A model generated the notes under the pieces. The model did not search any database. It saw only the letters and a list, made by a program, of their open reading frames with translations, and was not told the origin of the DNA. Shown in pieces: positions 49,237 through 59,427 of a stretch of 64,000 nt of DNA (the stretch's first letter is position 1; every line of letters starts with the position of its first letter). Made by a program: the position numbers and the translations under genes. This DNA is from Rebecca billardiae RCC1528 (taxonomy: Eukaryota > Protista > Haptophyta). The DNA is taken from the NCBI GenBank assembly GCA_965240325.2, contig OZ251251.1, positions 186,001 through 250,000 on the forward strand, written 5' to 3'.

Positions 49237-50661
49237 TCAGCGCAGCCCACATCGCAGGGGCGGCAGCTGCGCCACGCGCTGCGGCGTTGGCTGCGCTCCG
49301 CCATCGTTGCCCACGCCCAGCCCGAGCGCGCCCGAATGTCTGCCGCATGCGTGCACGCTGCCGTCAGCTGTGACGTAGAGGGCGTGCTCGAGGCCGAGTG
49401 AGCAGTCGAGCACGCGCGCATGCGCGAGGCCCTCCACCCGCTCGGGCAGCACGCGATCCATTCTGTCCCCCAGCCCCAGCTGGCCGTAGTGGTTGAACCC
49501 AAACGTGTGCACGCTGCCGTCCGCGCACACCACCGCGCTGGTGTAAAAGCCCGCGCTGGCGCGCACGGCACGAGTGCCGCCCAACGCTTCGACGAGCGTG
49601 GGCACGACGCGTTGGGCGACGCCACCGTGGCCAAGCGCGCCACGAAAACCGTCTCCGAAGGAGTGCACGCCGCCCGCTGCGTCCACCACCAGGCTGTGAG
49701 GCGCGCTCGCGCTCACGTGCACAGCGCGCATACCAGCGAGCGCCTCGATGCGCCTCGGCGTGCGCTGATCCTCCCCGTCGCCGTGGCCAAGGCGGCCAAC
49801 ATAGCCATGCCCGCACGAGTACACGGCACCACACGCCGAGAGCAGCAGCGTGTGCCAGCCGCCCGCGGCCACGCCGCCCACGCGCACGCCGTCCAGCGCC
49901 TCGATGCGTGTCGGCTGTAGCCGGTTCTCAGTGTCGCCGTGGCCGAGCTCGCCTTGGCTGTTGTAACCCCAGCTGTACGCCGCGCCACCAGCCGTCAGCG
50001 CGAGGCTGTGGTGGTAACCGGCAGCGATGCTGACGACGAGCTCCGAGCCCAGCGCCACCACCTGCACGAACGCCCGTCGCTCAGCCTTGTCGCCCACGCC
50101 CAGCTGGCCGTTGCCGTTGCTGCCGCACGCGTACACGGCGCCCGCCTCGCTCAGCGCGAGCAGGTGGTACTCGCCAGCAGCCACTGCACGCACGCGCAAC
50201 GCCGTCAGCGAGCTCACCCGCGTCGGCACGAGCACGGGCGTCTCCATGCTGAGTTTGGGATGGCCCAGCGGCGCGCCGCATGTGTGCACGCCGCCGGCAG
50301 CGTCAACAAACGCGGAGAAGCCCATACTCATGGTTGAGCTGGCGGACGCGACGTGCGCGTGCGCGTGCGCGAGCTCTAGCGTGCGCTCGCGCGCGAACAG
50401 CTCCTCCGCCCACGTGGACACGCCCGCGGGCAGGGCCGCCGGCAACGCAGCCTCGTGCCCGCGCGCGCGCGCGCGCTCGCGCAGCGCGTGCTCGAGCGGC
50501 GCGCCGCGGAAGAGGCGAGCGGCGGCGTTGACGGCGGCGAGGTCGCGCACGTCATCGAGGTGGACGAGGATGCGCGCGATCAGCTCGGGCGGCACGTCGG
50601 GCAGCCTCACGGCCGCCACTGCGGAGCGCGCCTTGGTACGCGCGCGCGTCGTCGGCGCCAT
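49237..50661 (-). CDS. F-box-like + RCC1 repeat protein, copy 4
   Basis: ATG 50661 (MAPTTRART...); LPDVPPELIARILVHLDDVRDLAAVNAAARLF then RCC1 blades. The upstream ORF extension is the duplicated 3' flank of copy 5. Confidence 0.87.
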   Translation of the reverse strand: MAPTTRARTKARSAVAAVRLPDVPPELIARILVHLDDVRDLAAVNAAARLFRGAPLEHALRERARARGHEAALPAALPAGVSTWAEELFARERTLELAHAHAHVASASSTMSMGFSAFVDAAGGVHTCGAPLGHPKLSMETPVLVPTRVSSLTALRVRAVAAGEYHLLALSEAGAVYACGSNGNGQLGVGDKAERRAFVQVVALGSELVVSIAAGYHHSLALTAGGAAYSWGYNSQGELGHGDTENRLQPTRIEALDGVRVGGVAAGGWHTLLLSACGAVYSCGHGYVGRLGHGDGEDQRTPRRIEALAGMRAVHVSASAPHSLVVDAAGGVHSFGDGFRGALGHGGVAQRVVPTLVEALGGTRAVRASAGFYTSAVVCADGSVHTFGFNHYGQLGLGDRMDRVLPERVEGLAHARVLDCSLGLEHALYVTADGSVHACGRHSGALGLGVGNDGGAQPTPQRVAQLPPLRCGLR

Positions 50662-51149
50662 GCTGCTTGCCCACGCCAGCAGTGTCGCGGCGACGACGGT
50701 TGGCCGATGATGACGAAAAATACGATAACTACGCGACGAAAATTCTTTTTTCATGGGCGCGCATGCATCGACACTCGAGACACTCGACAGCACTCGGATC
50801 GTGGGGCCACTCTGACTCGTCACGGCGCGCGCGTCGATGGCGTCGAGTCTTGTGTACGTGCGAATACCGGCCTCGCCATCCGTCGGGGCCCCACGCCACG
50901 CGCAGCGCGAGCTCGAGCGGCTGCTCCAGCAGACCAGCACCGCCATGCTGCCACTCCAAGCGAGAGGCTGCATGCGCGGCCCGTGTGCACGGCGCACTCG
51001 GCATAGCGCGGGGCTGATGGCGGCGCGCCTCGGTGGCTGGCGCATGGCCACGAGGCCTGCTGAACGTGACGAGAGCAGCGGCGCGCACTCGCACATGCCG
51101 CACTCGCAACACTGCGCGTGAGCACCGCACACGCCCAAGGGCCAGTCGC

Positions 51150-52640
51150 TCAGCGCAGCCCACAGCGCAGGGGCGGCAGCTGCACCACGCGCTGCGGCGT
51201 TGGCTGCTCTCCGCCATCGTCGTCCACGCCCAGGCCGAGCGCGCCCGAATGTATGCCGCACGCGTGCACGCCGCCGTCCGCGGTGACGTAGAGGATGTGA
51301 CGACCGCCAAGTGAGCAGTCGAGCACGCGCGCATGCGCGAGGCCCTCCACCCGCTCGGGCAGCATGCGATACACTGTGTCCCCAAGCCCCAGCTGGCCAA
51401 AGCTGTTGTACCCAAACGTGTGCACACTGCCGTCCGCGCACACCACCGCGCTGGAGAGAAAGCCCGCGCTGGCGCGCACTGCACGCATGGCGCCCAGTGC
51501 CTCGATGCGCGTAGGCACCAAGCGATTGGCCATGTCACCTTGGCCGAGCGCACCAAAGTTACCGCCTCCGAAGGAGTGCACACCGCCCGCTGCGTCCACC
51601 ACCAGGCTGTGCTCACTGCCCGCGCTCAAGTGCACAATGCGCACGCCAGCAAGCGCCTCAATGCGCCTCGGTGTACGCTGCCCCTGCTCGTCACCGTGGC
51701 CAAGGCGGCCATGCAAGCCGTTGCCACACGAGTACACGGCGCTGCACGCGGAGAGCAGCAGCGTGTGCCAGCCGCCCGCGGCCACGCCACCCACGCGCAC
51801 GCCGTCCAGCGCCTCGATGCGCGTCGGCTCCAGCCGGTGCTCCGTGTCGCCGTGGCCGAGCTGGCCATCGCGGTTGAAGCCCCAGCTGTACGCCACGCCG
51901 GCAGAGGTGAGCGCAAGGCTGTGGTAAGCGCCAGCACGTATGCCGACGACGAGCTTCGCGCCCAGCGCCGCCACCTGCACGAACGCCCGTCGCTCAGCCG
52001 TGTCGCCCACGCCCAGCTGGCCGTAGCAGTTGTTGCCGCACGCGTACACGGCGCCCGTCTCGCTCAGCGCGAGCACTTGCACACCACCGGCAACCACGGC
52101 ACGCACGCGCAACGCCCCAAGCGAACCCACGCGTGTCGGCACGAGCACGGCCGTCTCCACGCTGAGCTCGGGATGGCCCAGCGGTGCGCCGCATGTGTGC
52201 ACACCGCCGGCACCATCGACAAAGGCGGAAAAATGCATCCTGGAGGATTGGCTGGCGGACGCGGCGTGCGCGTGCGCGTGCGCGAGCACGAGCGTGCGCT
52301 CGCGCGCGAACAGCTCCTCCGCCCACGTGGACACGCCCGCGGGCAGCGCCGCCGGCAACGCAGCCTCGTGCCCGCGCGCGCGCGCGCGCTCGCGCAGCGC
52401 GTGCTCGAGCGGCACGCCGCGGAAGAGGCGAGCGGCGGCGTTGGCGGCGGCGAGGTCGCGCAAGTCATCGAGGTGGACGAGGATGCGCGCGATCAGCTCG
52501 GGCGGCACGTCGGTCAGCCGCATGGCCGCCGCTGCCGAGCGCGTCTTGGCGCGCGCACGCTCGTCGAGGATGATATGGCGGACGACAAGTAGTCGTTGAC
52601 GATGATTGACGACGGTCGATCGACGGTTGCTGGACGCCAT
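51150..52640 (-). CDS. F-box-like + RCC1 repeat protein, copy 5
   Basis: Tandem paralog of copy 4 including ~290 bp 3' flank; ATG 52640 or 52523 (MRLTDVPPELIARIL). Confidence 0.87.
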   Translation of the reverse strand: MASSNRRSTVVNHRQRLLVVRHIILDERARAKTRSAAAAMRLTDVPPELIARILVHLDDLRDLAAANAAARLFRGVPLEHALRERARARGHEAALPAALPAGVSTWAEELFARERTLVLAHAHAHAASASQSSRMHFSAFVDGAGGVHTCGAPLGHPELSVETAVLVPTRVGSLGALRVRAVVAGGVQVLALSETGAVYACGNNCYGQLGVGDTAERRAFVQVAALGAKLVVGIRAGAYHSLALTSAGVAYSWGFNRDGQLGHGDTEHRLEPTRIEALDGVRVGGVAAGGWHTLLLSACSAVYSCGNGLHGRLGHGDEQGQRTPRRIEALAGVRIVHLSAGSEHSLVVDAAGGVHSFGGGNFGALGQGDMANRLVPTRIEALGAMRAVRASAGFLSSAVVCADGSVHTFGYNSFGQLGLGDTVYRMLPERVEGLAHARVLDCSLGGRHILYVTADGGVHACGIHSGALGLGVDDDGGEQPTPQRVVQLPPLRCGLR

Positions 52641-52700
52641 AGCTACGACTACTACTACTGCTACTACGGATTTTGTTGGATGGAGCCTGTAGCTAAGTCG

Positions 52701-53624
52701 TCAACCGGCATTCGGTGGCGCCAAGGCAAGTCGCCGTCGCCGTCCGGAGGCGCGCCTCCCACTCCCCGCGCCCGCGCTGCCGCCGCCGGGCGGCCGCCTG
52801 AGCGTCGGCGGCCGCGGCGGCAGCGGCGGCTGCGCGTGCGCGCGCCACTCGGCGTCCAGGCAGGCGGGTACGTACTGCGCGCCCTGCGCGCGGTGCACAA
52901 AGAGCCCGCTGGGCGGGTCCCAGCCGTCGGTGCCGACGCACTCGGCGTAGCCGAGGCTGCGCATCAGCGTGCGCACCTTGTAGCTCTTCTCCGGCGCGAA
53001 CGCCTCCAGCTCGATCAGGAAGACCGTTACGGCCGTTACGCTCAGGTCGAGCGTGAGTAGCGCCTCGAGCTCGGCGCCCTCGACGTCGAGCGAGAAGAAG
53101 TCGATCGTCCGGTAGCGCGAGACGTAGGCCTGCATCGGGCGGCACGGCACGTCGAACACGTTCCCCGTCCACGAGCGGTTCTCCGCGTGGTACCGCGGCT
53201 TCTTGCTCGCCGGCTCGGCGCCGCCGTCGCCGGTGTGCCACTTGCGCGCGAACGAATCCGCCATGTGCTCAATGTCGCCGCCGACGGTGAACTTCTGCAC
53301 GAAGCGGACGGTGGTGCGCGGCGGCGCGCAGACGGCGCCGAAGATTGCCTCCGCGCCCGTGCGCATCCGCGCCACGTTCCGCTCCAGCTGCTGCGCGTTG
53401 AAGCGGGACCCTTCGATCAGCGTGCCGCGCCAGCCCGCGCACGTCGCCAGGAAGAGCGTGTTGGAGGCGGTGACGCCGTCGAACGCGCCGATCTCGACGT
53501 AGGTGCCGTTGAAGACGTTCCGGAAGAACCGCTCGTGCACGTGCATCTCCTCGCCCGACTGCGACTTTGAGCGCCGGCACTTGCCCAGCGCGAGCAGCGC
53601 GGCGAGCGCGAGCACTGCCGCCAT
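52701..53624 (-). CDS. FkbM (Methyltransf_21) family SAM-dependent methyltransferase with signal peptide/anchor
   Basis: SQSGEE...NGTYVEIGAFDGVTASNT...GWRGTLIE and IDFFSLDVEGAE motifs; ATG 53624. Confidence 0.88.
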   Translation of the reverse strand: MAAVLALAALLALGKCRRSKSQSGEEMHVHERFFRNVFNGTYVEIGAFDGVTASNTLFLATCAGWRGTLIEGSRFNAQQLERNVARMRTGAEAIFGAVCAPPRTTVRFVQKFTVGGDIEHMADSFARKWHTGDGGAEPASKKPRYHAENRSWTGNVFDVPCRPMQAYVSRYRTIDFFSLDVEGAELEALLTLDLSVTAVTVFLIELEAFAPEKSYKVRTLMRSLGYAECVGTDGWDPPSGLFVHRAQGAQYVPACLDAEWRAHAQPPLPPRPPTLRRPPGGGSAGAGSGRRASGRRRRLALAPPNAG

Positions 53625-53715
53625 CGTCGTCCGTCCCCGATTCTTTTTTACCGGACTGTCTTCCTCGCAAACAGTCCGGAAAGCCGCCGGCCGAGCCGAC
53701 CGAGCACGCGTAATC

Positions 53716-55007
53716 ATGTCGCTCTGCGCGCTGCCTGCCGCCCTCGCCGTGCTCATGGGCGTGCACACGCGGCCGCGCGCGCGGTTGGTACAGCCCGAGC
53801 TCGCGTCGCGCTCCGCCGTGCTCCACGCCGCCGCCGGACTCGCGCTCGGCGCCATCGTGCGCCCGGACTCCGCCATCGCCAAGGTGGAGCCGCTGCCAGG
53901 CTTTGTCCAGGACTCTCTCGGCGCGAGCGCGGAGCGGCCGTTCGACGTGGGCGGCGGCGGCCGGCGGAACGGGCGGAGCGGGTACCTGAACCAGTGCCCC
54001 TCCAAGCGCACCCGCCGCACCTGCGTCTCCTCCTTCGACGACCCGTACGACTCCTCGTACGTGCCGCCGCTCACCTACGCGCTCGCCGAGGACTCGCCGG
54101 CCATGATCAAGGCGTCTCGGCAGGGGCTGCCGGCGCCGGCGCCGAAGCCGTTCGACGAGGCGCTGGAGGAGCTCGCCGCGGCGGTGCGCACGCTCAAGGG
54201 CGCGGTGGTCGTCGAGGTGCGCGCGCGCGCGCAGCCGCCGGCCGCCGCCGCCGCCGCGCGCGCGTGAGCGCTCGCTCACCCGTCGCCGCCACACCCGCCT
54301 CCGTGCGTGTGCGGGCGCGCACGCGCGCTTGCAGGCGAAGGACCGCTACCTGCTCGCGGAGGTGAAGGACCCGATCACCGGCACCACCGACGACGTCGAG
54401 TTCCTGCTCAGCCTCGACACACCAGGTGCGCTGGGCCCTTGTTTTTATTTTGCCGGGTTTTCCGAATGTCGGCACCGCACTGAATATATTTTCTGCTCGG
54501 GCGCGCGGCGCTGCGCGCGCGGCACGGTGCACACTGCTGGGCCTGGGGGCGGGGCGCGCATGCCGAAGCGTGGGGGCACGGCCGCCGAATTATGTGGTGA
54601 CACGGGGCTGCCTTACGCGTCTTGATCTGCGAGATTGCATCTCGAGTCCTCGAGATTGCATCTCGCCGACTGCTGGGGCGGCAGGCCTGGCTGGAGGCCT
54701 GGACTGCCAGGCGGAGCGTTGAGTGCTGAGTGCTGCGCTGGTCAGCTGGGCGCGGGCTGCTGGGCGAGGGCCCTGCCGAGCGCACGCCACTCGCGCCCAG
54801 CGCAGCGCGCCCCCTCAGCCAACCCGCGGCCCCGCCCCCACGCCCCGCCCCGCCACAGGCGTGGTCAACTACCGCTCGGCCGCGCGCACGGCCGCGCCCA
54901 ACCTGCCGGGCAGCGCGGACGACAAGCGGCACCGGACTCGGCTCAAGGAGGTCCGGGTGGCGCTGCAGTCGAAGGGCTGGCGCTCGGTCGGGCGGATTCA
55001 GCAATGA
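53716..55007 (+). CDS. DUF1499-like protein, probably plastid/thylakoid-lumen targeted, 3 exons
   Basis: Exons 53716-54216, 54335-54425, 54859-55007; L..CP......CVSS, YL.AE....TG..DDVEFL, V.YRSAAR, D...R.R...VR.AL; N-terminal signal plus hydrophobic stretch ending AIA. Confidence 0.78.
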
Positions 55008-55598
55008 GGCGGCGGTGCACCGGACGTGGCTCTGCGGCTCAAGGAGGCCGCTGCGCGTCTAGTCATCGTCGGGCGGTGCACGGTCGAAAGCGGGGCTCCG
55101 AGTCGGGGGCTGCTCGATCGGCCGCCACCGCGCATGCCGACCACCGGCGGCACCGTGGCGGCACGGTTCGGACTACTGTCTACTGCTCGGTCTCTGATCG
55201 CGTACGTATCGTATGCGTCAGCAGCAGCATATCCGGTCGTCGCAGCAGTAGCAGCAGCTGATATGATGAGTCATATCCGCAGCCGGGCCATCGTACGGCA
55301 GCCGAGTCACTCAGCGCACGCCCGACGAACCGTCCGCAAGCTCCGTAGTCGACCCGGGCCGAGGCCCTGGCAGCAGTCTTAGAGTACGTAGATCGAGTCA
55401 GCAGAGGCTTCGCGCCCTCCGCCAGACGCAAGTCCGAGACCGCGTCAGGCGCCAGTCAGACACCGCGCCGCATCAGACCATCAGTACGTAGTGCTGCGGC
55501 GGCGGCTGCTACTGGAGTACTTACTGCACCGTGCACGGATGGGCCGACCCGCGGGAGACGACATTCAGCACCCGACTGGCGGTCGGCTGCTGGCCTCC

Positions 55599-57062
55599 TC
55601 AGCCGGCAGCAGCGTGAATACGATCCACGCGCGCGGCGGGCTGCTCGATGCGCCGGGGCGGCTCGATGTCACCGCTCCCCTCGTGGTCGTCGTCGGCGAG
55701 GCTGCGGCCGTAGCCGAGCGAGCCCGAGGGGACGCCGCACGAGTGCACGCCGCCGTCCGCCGTCACAAACAGCGCGTGGTGACAGCCGATCGCGCAGCTT
55801 GCCACCGGCGCCAGCGCGAGGGTGGTCGCGGGCACGAGCTTGTAGAGCCGGGTGCTGTACACTGGGTGCCCGTCGCCGAGCATGCGCACGGTGCCGTCCG
55901 CGCCGAGCACCGCGCTGCCCTCCGCGCCGGCAAAGGCGCGCACGGCGCGCACGCCGGCCAAGGCGCGGATGCGCTTGGGAACTGGCTGGACCATGCCAGG
56001 GATCTCGGCGCCATGGCCGAGGCAGCGGCTCCTGTTGAGCCCGAACGAGTGCACGCCGCCCGCTGCGTCCACCACCAGGCTGTGCAACGCGCCCGCGCTC
56101 ACGTGCGCGGCGCGCACGGCCGCGAGCGCCTCGACGCGCTTGGGCGTGTCTTGGTCATCCGCTGTGCCGTGGCCGAGCCGGCCGTAGCGGCTCATGCCGC
56201 ACGTGTACACGGCGCCGGCGGTGGCGAGCAGCACTGTGTGCGCCTCGCCTGCGCTCGCGCCGCCGACGCGCACGCCCTCCAGCGCGCCGATGCGCGCCGG
56301 CTCCAGCCGGCTCGTCGTGTCGCCGTGGCCGAGCTGGCCTCTGCCGTTGTCGCCCCAGCTGTACGCGCACCCAGCGGCGGCGAGCGCGACGCCGTGCCAG
56401 GCGCCGGCGGCGATGCAGACGACCACCTCGTCCCGGAGCGAGTCAAGCGCGGTGAATGCACGGCGCCGGCGCGTGTCCCCGAGCCCCAGCTGCCCGCGCC
56501 CGTTCTCGCCGCAGCCGTACACGGCGCCGGCCTCGCTCAGCGCGAGCAGGTGCTCCGGGCCAGCGGAGACGGCGCAGATGCGCACGGCCGCGAGCGAGGC
56601 GACGCGCGTGGGCACGAGCACGGGCGCGTCGCCCGCGTGCTTCGAATGCCCGAGTGCGGCGGGCTGGCCGTACCCGTGCCGCGTCTCCTCCTCGCCGCAC
56701 GTGTACAGCCCGCCGTCCGCGCCGACGATTGCGCTGCCGCTCTCGGCGCATGCGACGGCGCCCGCGTGCGCGCGCGCGAGGCTGAGCACGCACTCGCGCG
56801 CGAGCAGCTCTTCGATCCACGTGCGTGTGGGCAGGAGTGCGGTCGTCGTCTGCAGCGCGCGCTCGTGCCCACGGTCTCGCGCGCGAGCGCGCAGCGCGTG
56901 CTCGACGGCCGAGCGGCCGCCCGGCGCGCCGCGGAAGAGGCGCGAGGTGGCATTGGCAGCCACGAGGTCGCGCAGCGGCAAGAGCGCGACGATGCGCTCG
57001 AGCACCTCGGCGGGGATGGTGTCGAGGGGGGCGAGCGGCGCGCGAGACGTTGTATTCGTCAT
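55599..57062 (-). CDS. F-box-like + RCC1 repeat protein, copy 6 (more diverged)
   Basis: ATG 57062; LDTIPAEVLERIVALLPLRDLVAANATSRLF, shared linker VEHALRARARDRGHERAL...TWIEELLARE, RCC1 blades. Confidence 0.86.
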   Translation of the reverse strand: MTNTTSRAPLAPLDTIPAEVLERIVALLPLRDLVAANATSRLFRGAPGGRSAVEHALRARARDRGHERALQTTTALLPTRTWIEELLARECVLSLARAHAGAVACAESGSAIVGADGGLYTCGEEETRHGYGQPAALGHSKHAGDAPVLVPTRVASLAAVRICAVSAGPEHLLALSEAGAVYGCGENGRGQLGLGDTRRRRAFTALDSLRDEVVVCIAAGAWHGVALAAAGCAYSWGDNGRGQLGHGDTTSRLEPARIGALEGVRVGGASAGEAHTVLLATAGAVYTCGMSRYGRLGHGTADDQDTPKRVEALAAVRAAHVSAGALHSLVVDAAGGVHSFGLNRSRCLGHGAEIPGMVQPVPKRIRALAGVRAVRAFAGAEGSAVLGADGTVRMLGDGHPVYSTRLYKLVPATTLALAPVASCAIGCHHALFVTADGGVHSCGVPSGSLGYGRSLADDDHEGSGDIEPPRRIEQPAARVDRIHAAAG

Positions 57063-57234
57063 CGGCTCGGCGTCGAGCGCGGGGCGAGGGGTGGCGGGCG
57101 CGGTGACCACCGGCTTTGACACTGACCGAGTGACCGGTCGACCCCGCTCGCCAGTGGCAGGATCCTCACCCGCCGTTCGGTTGATTGCCTTGTGGCGCCG
57201 TTTACACCACTCCATCAGACGCGCGCGATTCGCT

Positions 57235-57348
57235 GGTGGAACATTGAACCCCCTTGGTGGAACAGTGGTTAGTGGTACAGGTATTGTACGAAGGTACAGT
57301 GCAGTAAAGTTTACCACTCGTACCACCAAAGGAATCTTTGGTACCACC
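57235..57348. repeat. Small foldback/MITE-like insert with imperfect ~39-bp inverted ends
   Basis: Left GGTGGAAC...TTGGTGGAACAGTGGT vs right ACCACTCGTACCACCAA...GTACCACC; low GC; no clear TSD. Confidence 0.4.
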
Positions 57349-57454
57349 GTTCGTGTACTGTCGAGTAACTACTTGTCAGTCCAGATAGTAGTTGATGAAG
57401 GGTACATCATAATTACGTGGTGCGGTGCTGCGAAGTTCCGTCAAGTGCCCGAGT

Positions 57455-58937
57455 TCAATGGGCCTCTCGCACGCGCGCTGCGAGCTGCGCGATGCGCGTG
57501 GGCGCATCGAGGTGCTTGACCGTTGGCAACACTCCTTGCGCCGGCGGGCTCCCTGCAGTTGCGCTGTGCCCGAGCGCGGCCGAGTTCCTGCCGCACGAGT
57601 GCACGGCGCCGTCCGCCGTCACGAAAAGCGAATGGTGGCCGCTGAGCGCACAGTCGACGACCTGCTCGTGCGCGAGCGCGCGCACCCGCTCCGGCGGCCA
57701 CACGAAGAAGACGTTGTACGCGTGCACACGCGCGTGCCCCAGCTGGAACTCCATGGTTTCGCCGAACGTGTGCACGCTGCCGTCCGCGCCCCGCACGGCG
57801 ACAGCGCTCTGGCTTGCGCGTGCGCGCACTGCACGCCCGCCCGCAACGGCCTGCTGGATGCGCGTCGGTGTGTGCACTGGCCGTGACTCGAAAGACGCGA
57901 AGTCCTCACAGAGCTCGTGCACGCCGCCCCCCGCGTCTACCACCAGGCCGTGCCCTCCGCCCGCGGCCACGTGCACAGCGCGCACGCCCGCGCGCCCGAA
58001 CACGTGCACTCGCAACGGCGCGAGCTACGCGGTGTCGAGCATGGGCAGCGTCTCCTGCCATGAGCATATCCGCTCCCGAACAGGAGGACGGCGCCATCGA
58101 TCGAGAGCAGCATCGTGCGCTCCGCGCTAGCAGCCACTCCGCCCAGGCGCACGCCGTCCAGCGCCTCGATGCGCGTCGGCTCCAGCCGGTCCTTCGTGTC
58201 GCCGTGGCCGAGCTGGCCGTAGTTGTTGCGGCCCCAGCTGTACGCACGGCCATCGGCGGCGAGCGCGAAGCTGTGCGATCTCACGGCCGCGAGCTGCACG
58301 ATGGCTTCCTCCTCGAGCGCGCCCACAACGCAGAACGCGTGGCGCCTCTCCGTGTCGCCCAGCCCCAGCTGGCCTCAAGCGTTGCCCCCGCAGCTGTACA
58401 CGCCGCCGGCCTCGCTGAGCGCGAGCAGGTGGAATTGACCAGCGGCCACTGCGGCCACTCGCACCGCGGAGAGGGACGGCACGCGCGTCGGAACGGGCAC
58501 AAGCCGCTCGGCCGGGTGGCCCATGACAGCTCTGTCCAACTCGCCCGGGCACTCACCGCATGTGCGCAGGGCGCCCTCCGCGTCCACGAACGCGCTTTCG
58601 CGTTGCACGCACGCGACGACGGCCGCGTGCGCGCGCGCGAGCTCGAGCACGCGCTCGCGCGCAAGGAGCTCCGCTGTCCACGTGCACGCGCGCGCGCGCG
58701 GCGCGGCGTCACGCAGCGTGCGCGCGTGCCCGCGGCGGCTCGCACCGCATGCGCAGCGCGTGCTCGACCGCCGAGCGGCCGCCCGGCGCGCCGCGGAAGA
58801 GCCGCGAGACCGCGTTGGCAGCGACGAGGGCACGGTGGTAGGTAGGCGACGACTCGCTCGAGCACCTCGGCCGGCAGGTCGCCGAACGCTGGGCGACGCG
58901 TATGGAAATGGCGACTGCCAGCTGTGTCGTTCGCCAT
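57455..58937 (-). pseudogene. F-box-like + RCC1 pseudogene, copy 7
   Basis: Family motifs split across four ORFs (DLPAEVLERVVAYLP; TWTAELLARERVLELARAH...GGNA*; GQLGLG...; VRAVHVAAGGGHGLVVD) with an in-frame TGA at 58375-58377 and frame changes near 58830 and 58030. Confidence 0.82.
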
Positions 58938-59427
58938 GTTCTCGCGCGCCGCCGTCCCGGTTGGCGGTTGTAGTTCGCCTTTTACCACGCGCGCGAGTTT
59001 TATTTATTCGTGGCCCGACGCGATTTTTATTCGCTCCGGCCTACTAGCTGCTTATTGAGTAGGCGCCTTCGGGCATGGACCATGGGCATGGTCCGGTCGG
59101 TCGGCGCGCTCGCTCCAGCGCAGGCACGCGCCGGCCACAGCTCAGAGTCCAGGCCCGCCGGATCGGCAGGCGCGCCAGGCTGAGGGGCCGCCACCCCTCT
59201 GCCCATGGCTCAGTGCCCCGCCTCTCAGTCTCACTCTCAGTCTCAAGAGCAGACTCTCAGTCTCAGAGTCGTCCGACAGAGCACGTCGGACTCAGTCACA
59301 GTGATGACTGTCACTGACTGAGTCACCGCCACTGGCAGTCGCTCGGCGGACGGTCCCGGGTCCGGGTCTCCGCCGCCCGTCACCGGAGGCGCCGCCGCGT
59401 GTCCGGGCCAGCGGCATCGCGGCTGGC

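Noticed and set aside
33117-53624. Glycan-modification gene cluster (PGAP1-like, glycosyltransferase, FkbM)
   Set aside because: Interspersed with unrelated genes and repeats; these families are common in algae, so proximity alone is not evidence.
58375-58377. Selenocysteine readthrough of the in-frame TGA
   Set aside because: The same copy has frameshifts and the position is not a conserved Cys.
8666-58937. Diversity-generating retroelement as the source of RCC1 loop variation
   Set aside because: No reverse transcriptase or template repeat in the window; variation is not restricted to adenine positions.
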